DNA of 64,000 bases from an uncultured Erysipelotrichaceae bacterium (GTDB lineage: Bacteria > Bacillota_I > Bacilli_A > RF39 > UBA660), in the NCBI GenBank assembly GCA_902793375.1, contig CADBDE010000001.1, forward strand, positions 75,209 through 139,208, written 5' to 3'. Every line of letters starts with the position of its first letter. Positions within the stretch are counted from its first letter, which is position 1. The notes beneath the pieces were generated by a model, which did not search any database, was not told the origin of the DNA, and saw nothing but the letters and a program-made list of their open reading frames with translations. Made by a program: the position numbers and the translations under genes. This document shows positions 28,135 through 37,951 of the stretch, in pieces.

Positions 28135-29572
28135 ATTTTATAAATATATCATTATATCCATCCCATAATGATTCTTTTAGTTTAAATTTAACAGATTTAT
28201 CTTTTTCTTTATAGATTTTCTTAACTAAAGATACAAGTTTTTTTCTATTTTTTTCTTCAAAGTAATTAAATGGAATAATAAATCCATTTTTACCATTTAC
28301 AATTCCTAATTCCTCATATGCTTCTAGTGGAGTTACAATTACTTTTGTATTTACAGAGATTGCTTCCATTATACAATAAGGCATTGCTTCACTATCACTC
28401 AATAAAACAAAATAGTCACTATCTTTTATGTATGGAATTGGATTAAGTACTCTTGATCTATATATTAATCCATTATGATTTGTATTTTCTCTTTGATCTG
28501 TAAATACGTTCCAAGTGTATGGTATATCTAATTCATCAAATATACTTGCAATTGCTTCAACTCTATCTGGCCTTTTTACTGTTGAATATTTAAATGCAGA
28601 AGTTAAAGTAATGTGTGGCTTTACTAAATCTTTATCTAATTTAAATGGATTTACTATATATTCAATGTTATCTGTTGGAAAATATCCTTTTGCTTTTTTT
28701 GCTGATATTTTTGATACAGCAACATAGTGAGTATATAGATCATCATGAAATACTCTAGTATTTTCGTAGTCTGCCATATTACCATGTATAAACATATAAC
28801 TTTGATCAAGTGTAATAATGTTTTTTGGATAATAGTAAGTTGCATAAGTTACTAATAATCTATCAGTATAGTAGTTAATACTTTCTTCTCTTTTAATACA
28901 TTTAAAATATTTTTTAAAATATTCTAATACAGTTTTATCAATACAATCATATAAAATAGTAATATCATACTGTTTGCCAAAGCATTTTCCTATATTTTTA
29001 ATCCAACTAACGTATCCATTGAAAATACCAGCACAGCCACCACCCATATATATCAAATTCTTATAGTATTCATTTCTTTTTACATCTGAAAATTGAATAT
29101 CTTTTACCAATCTTTTCCCTTTTGGATTATGATAATAAATTAATGTTCCAATTGCTGTAGTATTTGTAAATATTTCATCTACTTTTTTATTAAATTCAAC
29201 TGAATTTTCAATTTCTATTATTTCTTGTAATTTATTTTTATTAAAAATATATGACCAATAGTAATCTCCATAATGAGGTTTGTTATTAGCAAGTTCAGGT
29301 TCATTTATAGATAAACTTACATCTCTTTTATAATCATATTCAATAATATAATTTATAAAACAACAATCAAATTCTGTTTTAATTTTTTCTAATATTATTC
29401 TTAAATAATCTTTTGATAATTTATCTTCTTCCCTTATAAATACTACATACTTTCCTCTTGCAATTTTAACTATACTTTTAAAATTTTCACCTGTAGTATA
29501 GATAAATTCAATATTGGTATCTTCCTTTATTTCATTCTTTTTACCAATGACTACTAAAGTTAAATCTTTCAT
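28133..29572 (-). CDS. Glycosyltransferase: degenerate GT2-like N-terminus fused to a GT-B (GT4-like) domain
   Basis: ARGKYVVFI(REED) GT-A fragment; SDYFVLLSDSEAMPYCIMEA (E-x7-E), GIVNGKNGFII. Confidence 0.75.
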   Translation of the reverse strand: MKDLTLVVIGKKNEIKEDTNIEFIYTTGENFKSIVKIARGKYVVFIREEDKLSKDYLRIILEKIKTEFDCCFINYIIEYDYKRDVSLSINEPELANNKPHYGDYYWSYIFNKNKLQEIIEIENSVEFNKKVDEIFTNTTAIGTLIYYHNPKGKRLVKDIQFSDVKRNEYYKNLIYMGGGCAGIFNGYVSWIKNIGKCFGKQYDITILYDCIDKTVLEYFKKYFKCIKREESINYYTDRLLVTYATYYYPKNIITLDQSYMFIHGNMADYENTRVFHDDLYTHYVAVSKISAKKAKGYFPTDNIEYIVNPFKLDKDLVKPHITLTSAFKYSTVKRPDRVEAIASIFDELDIPYTWNVFTDQRENTNHNGLIYRSRVLNPIPYIKDSDYFVLLSDSEAMPYCIMEAISVNTKVIVTPLEAYEELGIVNGKNGFIIPFNYFEEKNRKKLVSLVKKIYKEKDKSVKFKLKESLWDGYNDIFIK

Positions 29573-29655
29573 AAAACACCTTCTTATTATATAATGTGAT
29601 TATAGCATAATTTATTATATCTTAAAATAAATAATTAAAAAAAAGGAGAAAAATA

Positions 29656-29976
29656 ATGAAAGAACATATTAAAGAAATAGATGAAATAATAAAAGAAAAA
29701 AGAAATAAAGATATTGATAAAATAATAAATGATCATTTAATAAAAATAAAATTTTATCAACATGAAAGACTAGTGCACTTTTTAGTAACAATGTTATTTG
29801 CATTAATGTTTTTGATAACATTTTTATATTCATTAAACAATATTAGTTTTGGAATAATTATATTAGATATTATGTTTTTTGTTCTTTTAGTTCCTTATAT
29901 ATTTCATTATTACAATTTAGAAAATAGTGTTCAATATATGTATAAACAGTATGATGAATTAAAAAAAATAAAGTAG
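29656..29976 (+). CDS. Small two-TM hypothetical protein
   Basis: RBS AGGAG; QHERLVH, two TM helices, HYY.LEN.VQ. Confidence 0.8.
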   Translation: MKEHIKEIDEIIKEKRNKDIDKIINDHLIKIKFYQHERLVHFLVTMLFALMFLITFLYSLNNISFGIIILDIMFFVLLVPYIFHYYNLENSVQYMYKQYDELKKIK

Positions 29977-29992
29977 AATGGAAAGAGCCTTT

Positions 29993-30622
29993 ATGGAAAA
30001 AATATCTAAAGAAGAAATAATAAAAATTGCGGATAACTTATTTCAAGGTAGTGATATTATTGCTAAACATGGAACTAGTTTTGCAAATGCAATGGGAATA
30101 ATAGAAGAAGGTTTCTACTATAGTAGAACTAGTATGGTTTCTCAAAAGTCTAAAGATCCATTTCAATTATGCTCTTATGGATGGAAAGAAAGTAAAAGAG
30201 GAGAGGCTTGTAATGTAATAATATCTATTCCTAAATCTTTTATTAAGTTGTTACTAAATCTTGATGAAGAAGAATACAAAAAATGGAAAGAAAAATATTT
30301 AAGTGTTTTTGATGCTGATACAATTATAGATGCAACAACAAAATCTGTAGTAAAAGAAGTACCAAAAAGAGAAGGAATGCCATTTCTTCCTCCTACATTT
30401 TTAAAATTAGTACCAAAGGAGTTTATAAAAGGATTTTTTGCATTTTGTGATAATACTAATTATATTGATTTTTTGTCTAATAAAGAGGAAGCATTAAATC
30501 ATTTATCATATTTTGATAATCCTAATTATTTTGATAATTTATCGAAAGAAGAACAAGAGGAATTTATTAATAACTTTAATGAAAAAGGAAAGAACGTAGT
30601 AGATAATAAACAAGGAAAATGA
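29993..30622 (+). CDS. Hypothetical protein with an HGT(S)..I..EGF motif; possible ADP-ribosyltransferase fold
   Basis: Open frame with normal codon usage, followed by a terminator; function inferred from one motif only. Confidence 0.65.
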   Translation: MEKISKEEIIKIADNLFQGSDIIAKHGTSFANAMGIIEEGFYYSRTSMVSQKSKDPFQLCSYGWKESKRGEACNVIISIPKSFIKLLLNLDEEEYKKWKEKYLSVFDADTIIDATTKSVVKEVPKREGMPFLPPTFLKLVPKEFIKGFFAFCDNTNYIDFLSNKEEALNHLSYFDNPNYFDNLSKEEQEEFINNFNEKGKNVVDNKQGK

Positions 30623-30635
30623 ATTCCTTGTTTTT
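30608..30635 (+). terminator. Rho-independent terminator
   Basis: AAACAAGGAA-AATGAA-TTCCTTGTTT plus T-run. Confidence 0.7.
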
Positions 30636-30689
30636 ATTTTTTATAAATGTTAAAATATTTGTGAATTATTTTTATGGGGAGGTGTTAGT

Positions 30690-32633
30690 ATGTTTAAACT
30701 TCATTCAAAATATTCTCCATCTGGAGATCAACCTAAAGCTATAAAAGAACTTGTTGATGGAATAAATAATGGTAAGAAACAGCAAGTTTTAAAAGGTGTT
30801 ACTGGAAGTGGTAAAAGTTTCACTATGGCTAATGTAATTAAAGAAGTTAATAAACCTACTTTAATACTTGCTCATAATAAAACTTTGGCTGGACAACTTT
30901 ATTCTGAAATGAAAGAATTTTTTCCTGAAAATAAAGTTGAATATTTTGTGTCATACTATGATTATTATCAACCAGAAGCATATGTTCCTAGTACAGATAC
31001 TTATATTGAAAAAGATTCATCAATTAATGATGAAATAGATGAATTAAGACATGCTGCAGCAAGTGCTTTGTTAACTAGAAAAGATACAATAGTAGTTGCA
31101 TCTGTTTCATGTATTTATGGTATTGGTGAACCTGAAGAATATAAAGATAAAATGTTAACACTTTCTGTTGGACAATCAATTGATAGAAATGTTGTTTTAA
31201 ATAAACTTGTTGATATGCTTTATGAAAGAAATGACTTTGATTTTAAAAGAGGAACTTTTAGAGTTAGAGGAGACGTTGTTGAAGTTATTCCTGCTAGTGA
31301 AAGAACAAGTGGTATAAGAATAGAATTCTTTGGAGATGAAATTGATAGAATTAGTACAATTGATACTTTAACAGGAGTTGTTAAAGAAAATGTAAAAAAT
31401 ATTTCTATATTTCCAGCTAGTTTGTTTGTAACTAGTGATGATAAACTACAAAAAGCAATAGAAAGAATAAGAGAAGAACTTGTTGAAAGAGTTAAGTTCT
31501 TTAAAGATAATAATAAACTATTAGAAGCAGAAAGAATTGAGCAAAGAACTAATTATGATTTAGAAATGCTAGCTGAAACTGGTTTTTGTACTGGTGTTGA
31601 AAATTATTCTAGACATATGGCTTTAAGAGAAGAAGGAGAAACTCCAACTACTTTAATGGATTTCTTTGGTGATGATTATCTTTTAATTGTAGATGAATCT
31701 CATGTAACACTTCCACAAGTAAGAGGAATGTATAATGGTGATAGAGCAAGAAAAATGAATCTTGTTGAATATGGATTTCGTTTACCTAGTGCACTTGATA
31801 ATAGACCACTTAAGTTTGAAGAATTTGAAAGTAAAATTGATAATGCAATATATGTATCAGCTACACCAGGAGACTATGAACTTGAGAAAACAAATAATAC
31901 TTTTGTTGAACAAATAATTAGGCCAACTGGACTTCTAGATCCATTAATTGAGGTTAGACCATCAATGGGACAAATTGATGATTTAGTAGATGAAATAAAG
32001 ATTAGAATGGAAAATAATGAAAGAGTTCTAATTACTACTCTTACTATTAGAATGGCTGAAGAATTAACAAATTATTTAAAAGAATTAGATATAAAAGTAG
32101 CATACCTTCACACAGAAGTTAAAACGCTTGAGAGATTAAGAGTAATAAGAGATTTAAGACTAGGAAAATATGATTGTATTGTAGGAATAAATTTATTAAG
32201 AGAAGGTTTAGATATTCCAGAAGTAAGTTTAATTGCTATACTTGATGCTGATAAAGAAGGATTCTTAAGAAGTGAAAGAAGTTTAATACAGACAATTGGA
32301 AGATGTGCAAGAAATGCTAATGGTAAATGTATTATGTACGGAGATAAAATAACCGATTCAATGAAAAAAGCAATTGATGAAACAACAAGAAGAAGAAAAA
32401 TTCAAGAAGAATTTAATAATGAACATGGTATTATTCCAAAAACAATTTCAAAAGAAATTAGAGAGCTAATTAGTAATATTGATGATAAGAAAGATACTAA
32501 GAAGAAGGTATCTAAGAAAGAAAAGGAATTAAATATAGAAGAAATAGAACAGGAGATGAGAGAAGCAGCAAGAAATTTAGATTTCGAACGTGCTATGGAA
32601 CTTCGTGATATTTTATTTGAAATGAAATCATAG
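30690..32633 (+). CDS. uvrB: Excinuclease ABC subunit B
   Basis: [31 protein letters not shown]-terminal UVR domain. Confidence 0.98.
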   Translation: MFKLHSKYSPSGDQPKAIKELVDGINNGKKQQVLKGVTGSGKSFTMANVIKEVNKPTLILAHNKTLAGQLYSEMKEFFPENKVEYFVSYYDYYQPEAYVPSTDTYIEKDSSINDEIDELRHAAASALLTRKDTIVVASVSCIYGIGEPEEYKDKMLTLSVGQSIDRNVVLNKLVDMLYERNDFDFKRGTFRVRGDVVEVIPASERTSGIRIEFFGDEIDRISTIDTLTGVVKENVKNISIFPASLFVTSDDKLQKAIERIREELVERVKFFKDNNKLLEAERIEQRTNYDLEMLAETGFCTGVENYSRHMALREEGETPTTLMDFFGDDYLLIVDESHVTLPQVRGMYNGDRARKMNLVEYGFRLPSALDNRPLKFEEFESKIDNAIYVSATPGDYELEKTNNTFVEQIIRPTGLLDPLIEVRPSMGQIDDLVDEIKIRMENNERVLITTLTIRMAEELTNYLKELDIKVAYLHTEVKTLERLRVIRDLRLGKYDCIVGINLLREGLDIPEVSLIAILDADKEGFLRSERSLIQTIGRCARNANGKCIMYGDKITDSMKKAIDETTRRRKIQEEFNNEHGIIPKTISKEIRELISNIDDKKDTKKKVSKKEKELNIEEIEQEMREAARNLDFERAMELRDILFEMKS

Positions 32634-32653
32634 AAGAAAATAAGGAGGGTTAT

Positions 32654-33331
32654 ATGGAAATAATTGATAATAAATATTTAGAAAGAGAATTTAATACTAA
32701 TTATGAATATCATGAGATATTCAATTATCAAAAAAATGAAACATTAGATGTTTTAGAAAAGAGAATAAAATCAAGTGGTAAAAATGATATTTTATTAAAA
32801 ATAAACATTAATAATATTGTTCCATATTATAAGCATAGAAGTAATATTGAACATAATAGTGATGAAGAAAAAAAATACTGGAATCATGTTGTATCTATTT
32901 TATTTGCAACTCAATTAAAAGAAATGTATGAAATAGATTCAATACGTAATATAGATGAAGAAAAAAGAGTAGTTGTTAGAGGAACATTTGAAGAATATAA
33001 AAAACTTCAAGATGTATTACTTAATAGAGATGATATTATTGAAATAATAAGAAATCTTAAATTTGATAATACTAGATTACACATAGTTATTAATTATTTT
33101 AATAATGAATATGTTTGGAATGAATTAATAAATTATTTATCAGATGATTTACCGTTTATTACTATGATTTATTCTGATAGTGATATTTATAGATTAATGT
33201 TTAATGCAAAAGAATTTCCAACAGAACATTATAAATATGTAATGTTTGATAAAAATGAAGAAGGTAAAGTATCATATAAACTTCTTGATACTGAAAAAAA
33301 TGAAGTGTTAAAGTATGAAAAAAAGATTTAA
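32654..33331 (+). CDS. Hypothetical protein
   Basis: RBS AAGGAGG, 225-aa open frame, no motif recognised. Confidence 0.7.
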   Translation: MEIIDNKYLEREFNTNYEYHEIFNYQKNETLDVLEKRIKSSGKNDILLKININNIVPYYKHRSNIEHNSDEEKKYWNHVVSILFATQLKEMYEIDSIRNIDEEKRVVVRGTFEEYKKLQDVLLNRDDIIEIIRNLKFDNTRLHIVINYFNNEYVWNELINYLSDDLPFITMIYSDSDIYRLMFNAKEFPTEHYKYVMFDKNEEGKVSYKLLDTEKNEVLKYEKKI

Positions 33332-34157
33332 AAAAATATATATTGAAATAACTAATAAATGTAATTTAAATTGTTCGTTTTGCAGTGAAATAAAAAGACA
33401 AAAAAAAGAAATGACAGTAAATGATTTTGAAATAATTGTTTCTAAAATAAAAGATTATACTGATTATATTTATTTACATATTAAGGGCGAACCACTATTG
33501 CATTCAAAATTTGATGAAATACTTTCAATTTGCGATAATATAGGTATTAAAGTTAATATTACAACTAATGGAACTCTTTTGAAAGAAAGAAAAGCTGTTT
33601 TATTAAATCATAAATCAATTCGACAAATAAATATTTCACTTCATTCAGAAAATAATAAAAAAAATTATTTTGAAGAAGTATTTGATACTTGTAAAGAATT
33701 ATCAACAAATATGTTTATAAATTATCGATTATGGACGTTAAAAGATAATGAATTAGATAAAGAATCAACAGTTATTGTTGATAAAATAAAAAGCAATTAT
33801 AATTTATCAACTGAAATTGTTGATAAAATAATAAATGAGAATAATATTAAGATATTTAATAACACTTTTGTTAATAAAAACAATTTATTTGTTTGGCCAG
33901 ATGAATCGTTAGGTCTTGATATAAATGCAAAGTGTTATGGATTAATTGATCAGTTAGGAATACTTGTAGATGGTACCGTAGTTCCTTGTTGTTTAGATTC
34001 AAATGGTATTATTAATTTAGGTAATATTTTTATTGAAGATTTAGATGAAATTTTAAATACAAGTTTAGCTAAAGACATAATTAAAGGATTTAAAGAAAAT
34101 AGATCTAGTTGTAAATTATGTAAGAATTGTAACTTTAGGGAAAGATTTATAAAGTAG
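33315..34157 (+). CDS. Radical SAM/SPASM domain protein
   Basis: CNLNCSFC, GEPLLH, TTNG, C...DG.V.PCC.D...LGN...CxxCxxC. Confidence 0.9.
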   Translation: MKKRFKKIYIEITNKCNLNCSFCSEIKRQKKEMTVNDFEIIVSKIKDYTDYIYLHIKGEPLLHSKFDEILSICDNIGIKVNITTNGTLLKERKAVLLNHKSIRQINISLHSENNKKNYFEEVFDTCKELSTNMFINYRLWTLKDNELDKESTVIVDKIKSNYNLSTEIVDKIINENNIKIFNNTFVNKNNLFVWPDESLGLDINAKCYGLIDQLGILVDGTVVPCCLDSNGIINLGNIFIEDLDEILNTSLAKDIIKGFKENRSSCKLCKNCNFRERFIK

Positions 34158-34234
34158 TTGAAATATTTATTATAAAAAATAATTATTAGTATAGTCATTA
34201 AAAGTATCAAAAGGTAATAAAGGAGTAATAAAAT

Positions 34235-34633
34235 ATGAAAAAAATAATAATTATGCTTATTTTTATTTCTATGTTTATTTTTACTGCATGTGATAATAAT
34301 AATAATAAAGTAATAACGAAAGATATGGTTGATGAACAAAATAATAAAATTACAAAAGAAGAAATAAAATATATAGAAGAAATGTTTAAAGGATATGATT
34401 CTGTATTAGATTGTTCAGTTATAATTGAAGACAAAGTAGTATATGTAAAAGTAAAATTTAAAGAATCAGTAACATTAAAAAGTGCAAAAATGAGATGTAA
34501 TAGTGATCTTGGAGAAAGATTTAAAGACTATGATATACAATATGAAATATATGGGAGTGATTTTCATGTTAAAGGATTTTGGATTGAAGAATATAACTTT
34601 GTTGCATGGGATGATGAATATGATTATGAATAA
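34235..34633 (+). CDS. Putative lipoprotein
   Basis: MKK, hydrophobic stretch, lipobox FTA|C; RBS AAGGAG. Confidence 0.75.
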   Translation: MKKIIIMLIFISMFIFTACDNNNNKVITKDMVDEQNNKITKEEIKYIEEMFKGYDSVLDCSVIIEDKVVYVKVKFKESVTLKSAKMRCNSDLGERFKDYDIQYEIYGSDFHVKGFWIEEYNFVAWDDEYDYE

Positions 34634-34719
34634 TAAAAAAGTTAACTATTAAAGTTATCTTTTTTGTTTAATTATTACATAAATTATGTTATTATATAGT
34701 AGCAATTTGAGGTGGTAAT

Positions 34720-37527
34720 ATGGATGAGATAATTATTAAAGGAGCAAGAGAAAATAATTTAAAAAATATTGATCTTACTTTACCAAAGAATAAACTGATT
34801 GTAATGACTGGAGTATCAGGAAGTGGAAAATCTTCTTTAGCTTTTGATACTATTTATGCTGAAGGTCAAAGAAGATATGTTGAAAGTTTGTCTGCATATG
34901 CTAGACAATTTTTAGGTGGTACGGAAAAACCTGATGTTGATTCTATAGAAGGATTATCACCATCAATTAGTATTGATCAAAAAACAACAAGCAATAATCC
35001 AAGAAGTACTGTTGGTACTGTAACAGAAATATATGATTATTTTAGATTATTATATGCAAGAATTGGTATACCAATGTGTCCTAATCACAATATACCTATT
35101 AATGGGCAAAGTGTTGAAGAAATGACTAATAAATTACTTGAGTACCCAGATGGAACAAAAATGATTATTATGTCACCAGTTGTTCATGGAGAAAAAGGTA
35201 CACATAAAGAATTATTAGAAAGATTAAGGAGAGATGGGTATGCAAGAATAAGGATTAATAAAGAAGTTCATGATTTAACTGAAGATATTAATTTTGAAAA
35301 AAATATAAAAGATAATATTGATGTAATAATAGATAGATTAGTTATAAAAAATGATGTACGAGGACGATTATTTGAATCTTTAGAAAGTGCTTGTAAACTG
35401 TCAAATGGAAAAGTAATAATTGAAATAGTAGGTGACAAAGAATTAGTTTTTTCAGAATTATATGCTTGTCCTTATTGTGAATTCTCTTTACCTGAATTGG
35501 AGCCTAGAATGTTTAGTTTTAATGCTCCATATTGTGCATGTCCTGATTGTAAAGGATTAGGTATTAAACTTTCAATCGATCCAGAACTAGTTGTACCAGA
35601 CAAGGACAAGTCTTTAGAAGAAGGAGCTATAGTAACACTTGGAGATGATACAGATAACATTTATTACAAAAGACTAGAATGTATGTGTAAGCACTATAAA
35701 ATAAGTACAACAAAACCATTTAAAAAACTAACAAAAAGAGAAGTAGATTTAATTTTTTATGGAAGCGATGAACCAATTAGATTTAATTTTGCGTCTCGTA
35801 GTGGAAATATTACTAATCAAGTTGATTACTATGAAGGATGTATTAATAATTTACAAAGAAGATATATGGAAACATCAAGTACATGGATTCGTGACTGGTT
35901 AGAAAATTATATGATTGAAACAGAATGCGAAACATGTCATGGAGCAAGATTAAATAATGATGCATTATCAGTATATGTTGGTGGAAAAAATATATTTGAA
36001 CTTACTTCTATGAGCATAGATAAAATTTTAGAGTTCTTTAATAAATTAAAATTAAATACTGAGCAAACTGAAATAGCAGGACTTCTTATTAAAGAAATAA
36101 AAAATAGATTAGAATTCTTGGTTAATGTTGGACTTGAGTATTTAACATTATCAAGAATGGCAGGAACATTATCTGGAGGAGAGCTACAAAGAATTAGACT
36201 TGCTACTCAAATAGGTTCAAGATTAACTGGGGTTTTGTATGTGCTTGATGAACCAAGTATTGGACTACATCAAAGAGATAATGAAAGATTAATTAAATCA
36301 TTAAAACAAATGAGAGATCTAGGTAATACTTTAATAGTTGTTGAGCATGATACAGATACAATGTTAGCTTCAGATTATCTTGTTGATATTGGTCCTCTTG
36401 CAGGAGATGAAGGTGGTCGTGTTATTGCAGCAGGAACTCCAAAAGAAGTAATGAAGAATAATGATAGTATTACTGGAAGATATTTAAGTGGAAAAGAAAA
36501 AATAGAAGTACCTAAAACGACAAGAAAAGGAAATGGTAAATACATAGAAGTAATTGGTGCCAAAGAGAATAACTTAAAAAATATTGATGTAAAATTTCCA
36601 CTTGGTACTTATACTTGTGTTACTGGAGTGTCAGGAAGTGGTAAATCAAGTTTAGTTATGAGAATACTATCTAATGCTGCTATGAAAAGTGTTTATGGCT
36701 CAAAAGTAATTGTTGGAAAACACGATAAGATAAAAGGATTAGAAAATATTGACAAGGTTGTTGAAATAACACAAAATCCAATTGGAAGAACGCCAAGAAG
36801 TAATCCTGCAACATATACTGGAGTATTTGATGATATAAGAGATTTATATACTAATACTAAAGAAGCTAAAATGTATGGTTACGAAAAAAATAGATTTTCA
36901 TTTAATGTTAAAGGTGGAAGATGTGAAGCTTGCCGTGGCGATGGTGTAAAGAAAATTGAAATGCATTTTTTACCTGATGTTTACGTTCCTTGTGAAGTTT
37001 GTCATGGAACTCGTTATAATAGTGAAACATTAAGCATAAAGTATAAAGAGAAGAATATTGCAGATGTACTTGAAATGAGAGTAAGTGAAGCAATTAAATT
37101 TTTTGAAAATGTTCCAAGAATTAAATCTAAACTTCAAGTTTTAGAAGATGTTGGAATAGGATATTTAAAACTTGGGCAAAGTGCACCTACACTTTCTGGT
37201 GGAGAAGCAAGTCGTGTTAAACTTGCAAAAGAACTACAAAAGAAAGCAACTGGAAAAACATTATTCATAATGGATGAACCTACAACAGGACTTCACTCAT
37301 ATGATATTAAAAGACTTCTTGCAATTATTCAAAAAATAGTAGATAATAAAGATACAGTAATAGTTATAGAACATAATTTGGATATGATTAAATGTGCTGA
37401 CTATATAATTGATATTGGACCAGAAGGAGGAGAAAAAGGTGGAGAAATAGTTGCCACTGGAACTCCAAAAGAAGTATCTAAAAACAATAATTCATACACA
37501 GGAGCATTTTTAAAAAAAATAATTTAA
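34720..37527 (+). CDS. uvrA: Excinuclease ABC subunit A
   Basis: Two GVSGSGKSS Walker A motifs, LSGGE twice, zinc fingers. Confidence 0.98.
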   Translation: MDEIIIKGARENNLKNIDLTLPKNKLIVMTGVSGSGKSSLAFDTIYAEGQRRYVESLSAYARQFLGGTEKPDVDSIEGLSPSISIDQKTTSNNPRSTVGTVTEIYDYFRLLYARIGIPMCPNHNIPINGQSVEEMTNKLLEYPDGTKMIIMSPVVHGEKGTHKELLERLRRDGYARIRINKEVHDLTEDINFEKNIKDNIDVIIDRLVIKNDVRGRLFESLESACKLSNGKVIIEIVGDKELVFSELYACPYCEFSLPELEPRMFSFNAPYCACPDCKGLGIKLSIDPELVVPDKDKSLEEGAIVTLGDDTDNIYYKRLECMCKHYKISTTKPFKKLTKREVDLIFYGSDEPIRFNFASRSGNITNQVDYYEGCINNLQRRYMETSSTWIRDWLENYMIETECETCHGARLNNDALSVYVGGKNIFELTSMSIDKILEFFNKLKLNTEQTEIAGLLIKEIKNRLEFLVNVGLEYLTLSRMAGTLSGGELQRIRLATQIGSRLTGVLYVLDEPSIGLHQRDNERLIKSLKQMRDLGNTLIVVEHDTDTMLASDYLVDIGPLAGDEGGRVIAAGTPKEVMKNNDSITGRYLSGKEKIEVPKTTRKGNGKYIEVIGAKENNLKNIDVKFPLGTYTCVTGVSGSGKSSLVMRILSNAAMKSVYGSKVIVGKHDKIKGLENIDKVVEITQNPIGRTPRSNPATYTGVFDDIRDLYTNTKEAKMYGYEKNRFSFNVKGGRCEACRGDGVKKIEMHFLPDVYVPCEVCHGTRYNSETLSIKYKEKNIADVLEMRVSEAIKFFENVPRIKSKLQVLEDVGIGYLKLGQSAPTLSGGEASRVKLAKELQKKATGKTLFIMDEPTTGLHSYDIKRLLAIIQKIVDNKDTVIVIEHNLDMIKCADYIIDIGPEGGEKGGEIVATGTPKEVSKNNNSYTGAFLKKII

Positions 37528-37540
37528 TAGGAGGTATTCT

Positions 37541-37951
37541 ATGAAAGTGGTTACTAAGGGAAGATTGAATCTTTTGTTAGAATTTATTTTATATTCTGTT
37601 TTATATACAGGAGTATTTTTACTAGTAGAAATACCATTTAAAAGTTTTGAAATTAATAGTAATTATCCAGTTTTAATTGCATTCTTAGCAATAGTAGTAA
37701 TATATGTTTTAGAAAAAGTATTAAAACCTATTCTTGTTACAATATTTACTCCTATAACAGGTCTTACTTTTGGCTTATTCTATTTTGTTATAAATGCATT
37801 TATGCTTAAATTAACTGATTGGATTTTAGGACCAAGACTTAATTTTACAGATATATGGATTTTATTCTTCATATCAATTGTATTAGCTGGTTTAAACCTA
37901 TTAATTGAAAAAATAATAATTGAACCAATTATTAGAAAGGCGAATAAATAA
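37541..37951 (+). CDS. Phage holin family 4 / YvlD-like membrane protein
   Basis: KPIL...P....TFGLF.FVINA.ML motif; located between uvrA and lgt. Confidence 0.8.
   Translation: MKVVTKGRLNLLLEFILYSVLYTGVFLLVEIPFKSFEINSNYPVLIAFLAIVVIYVLEKVLKPILVTIFTPITGLTFGLFYFVINAFMLKLTDWILGPRLNFTDIWILFFISIVLAGLNLLIEKIIIEPIIRKANK

Noticed and set aside
30623..34719. LexA/SOS boxes upstream of uvrB or uvrA
   Set aside because: No GAAC-N4-GTTC seen in either upstream region.
37541..37951. Holin-family gene as evidence of a prophage
   Set aside because: YvlD-like genes are normal chromosomal neighbours of uvrA/lgt; no phage structural, integrase or lysin genes are nearby.
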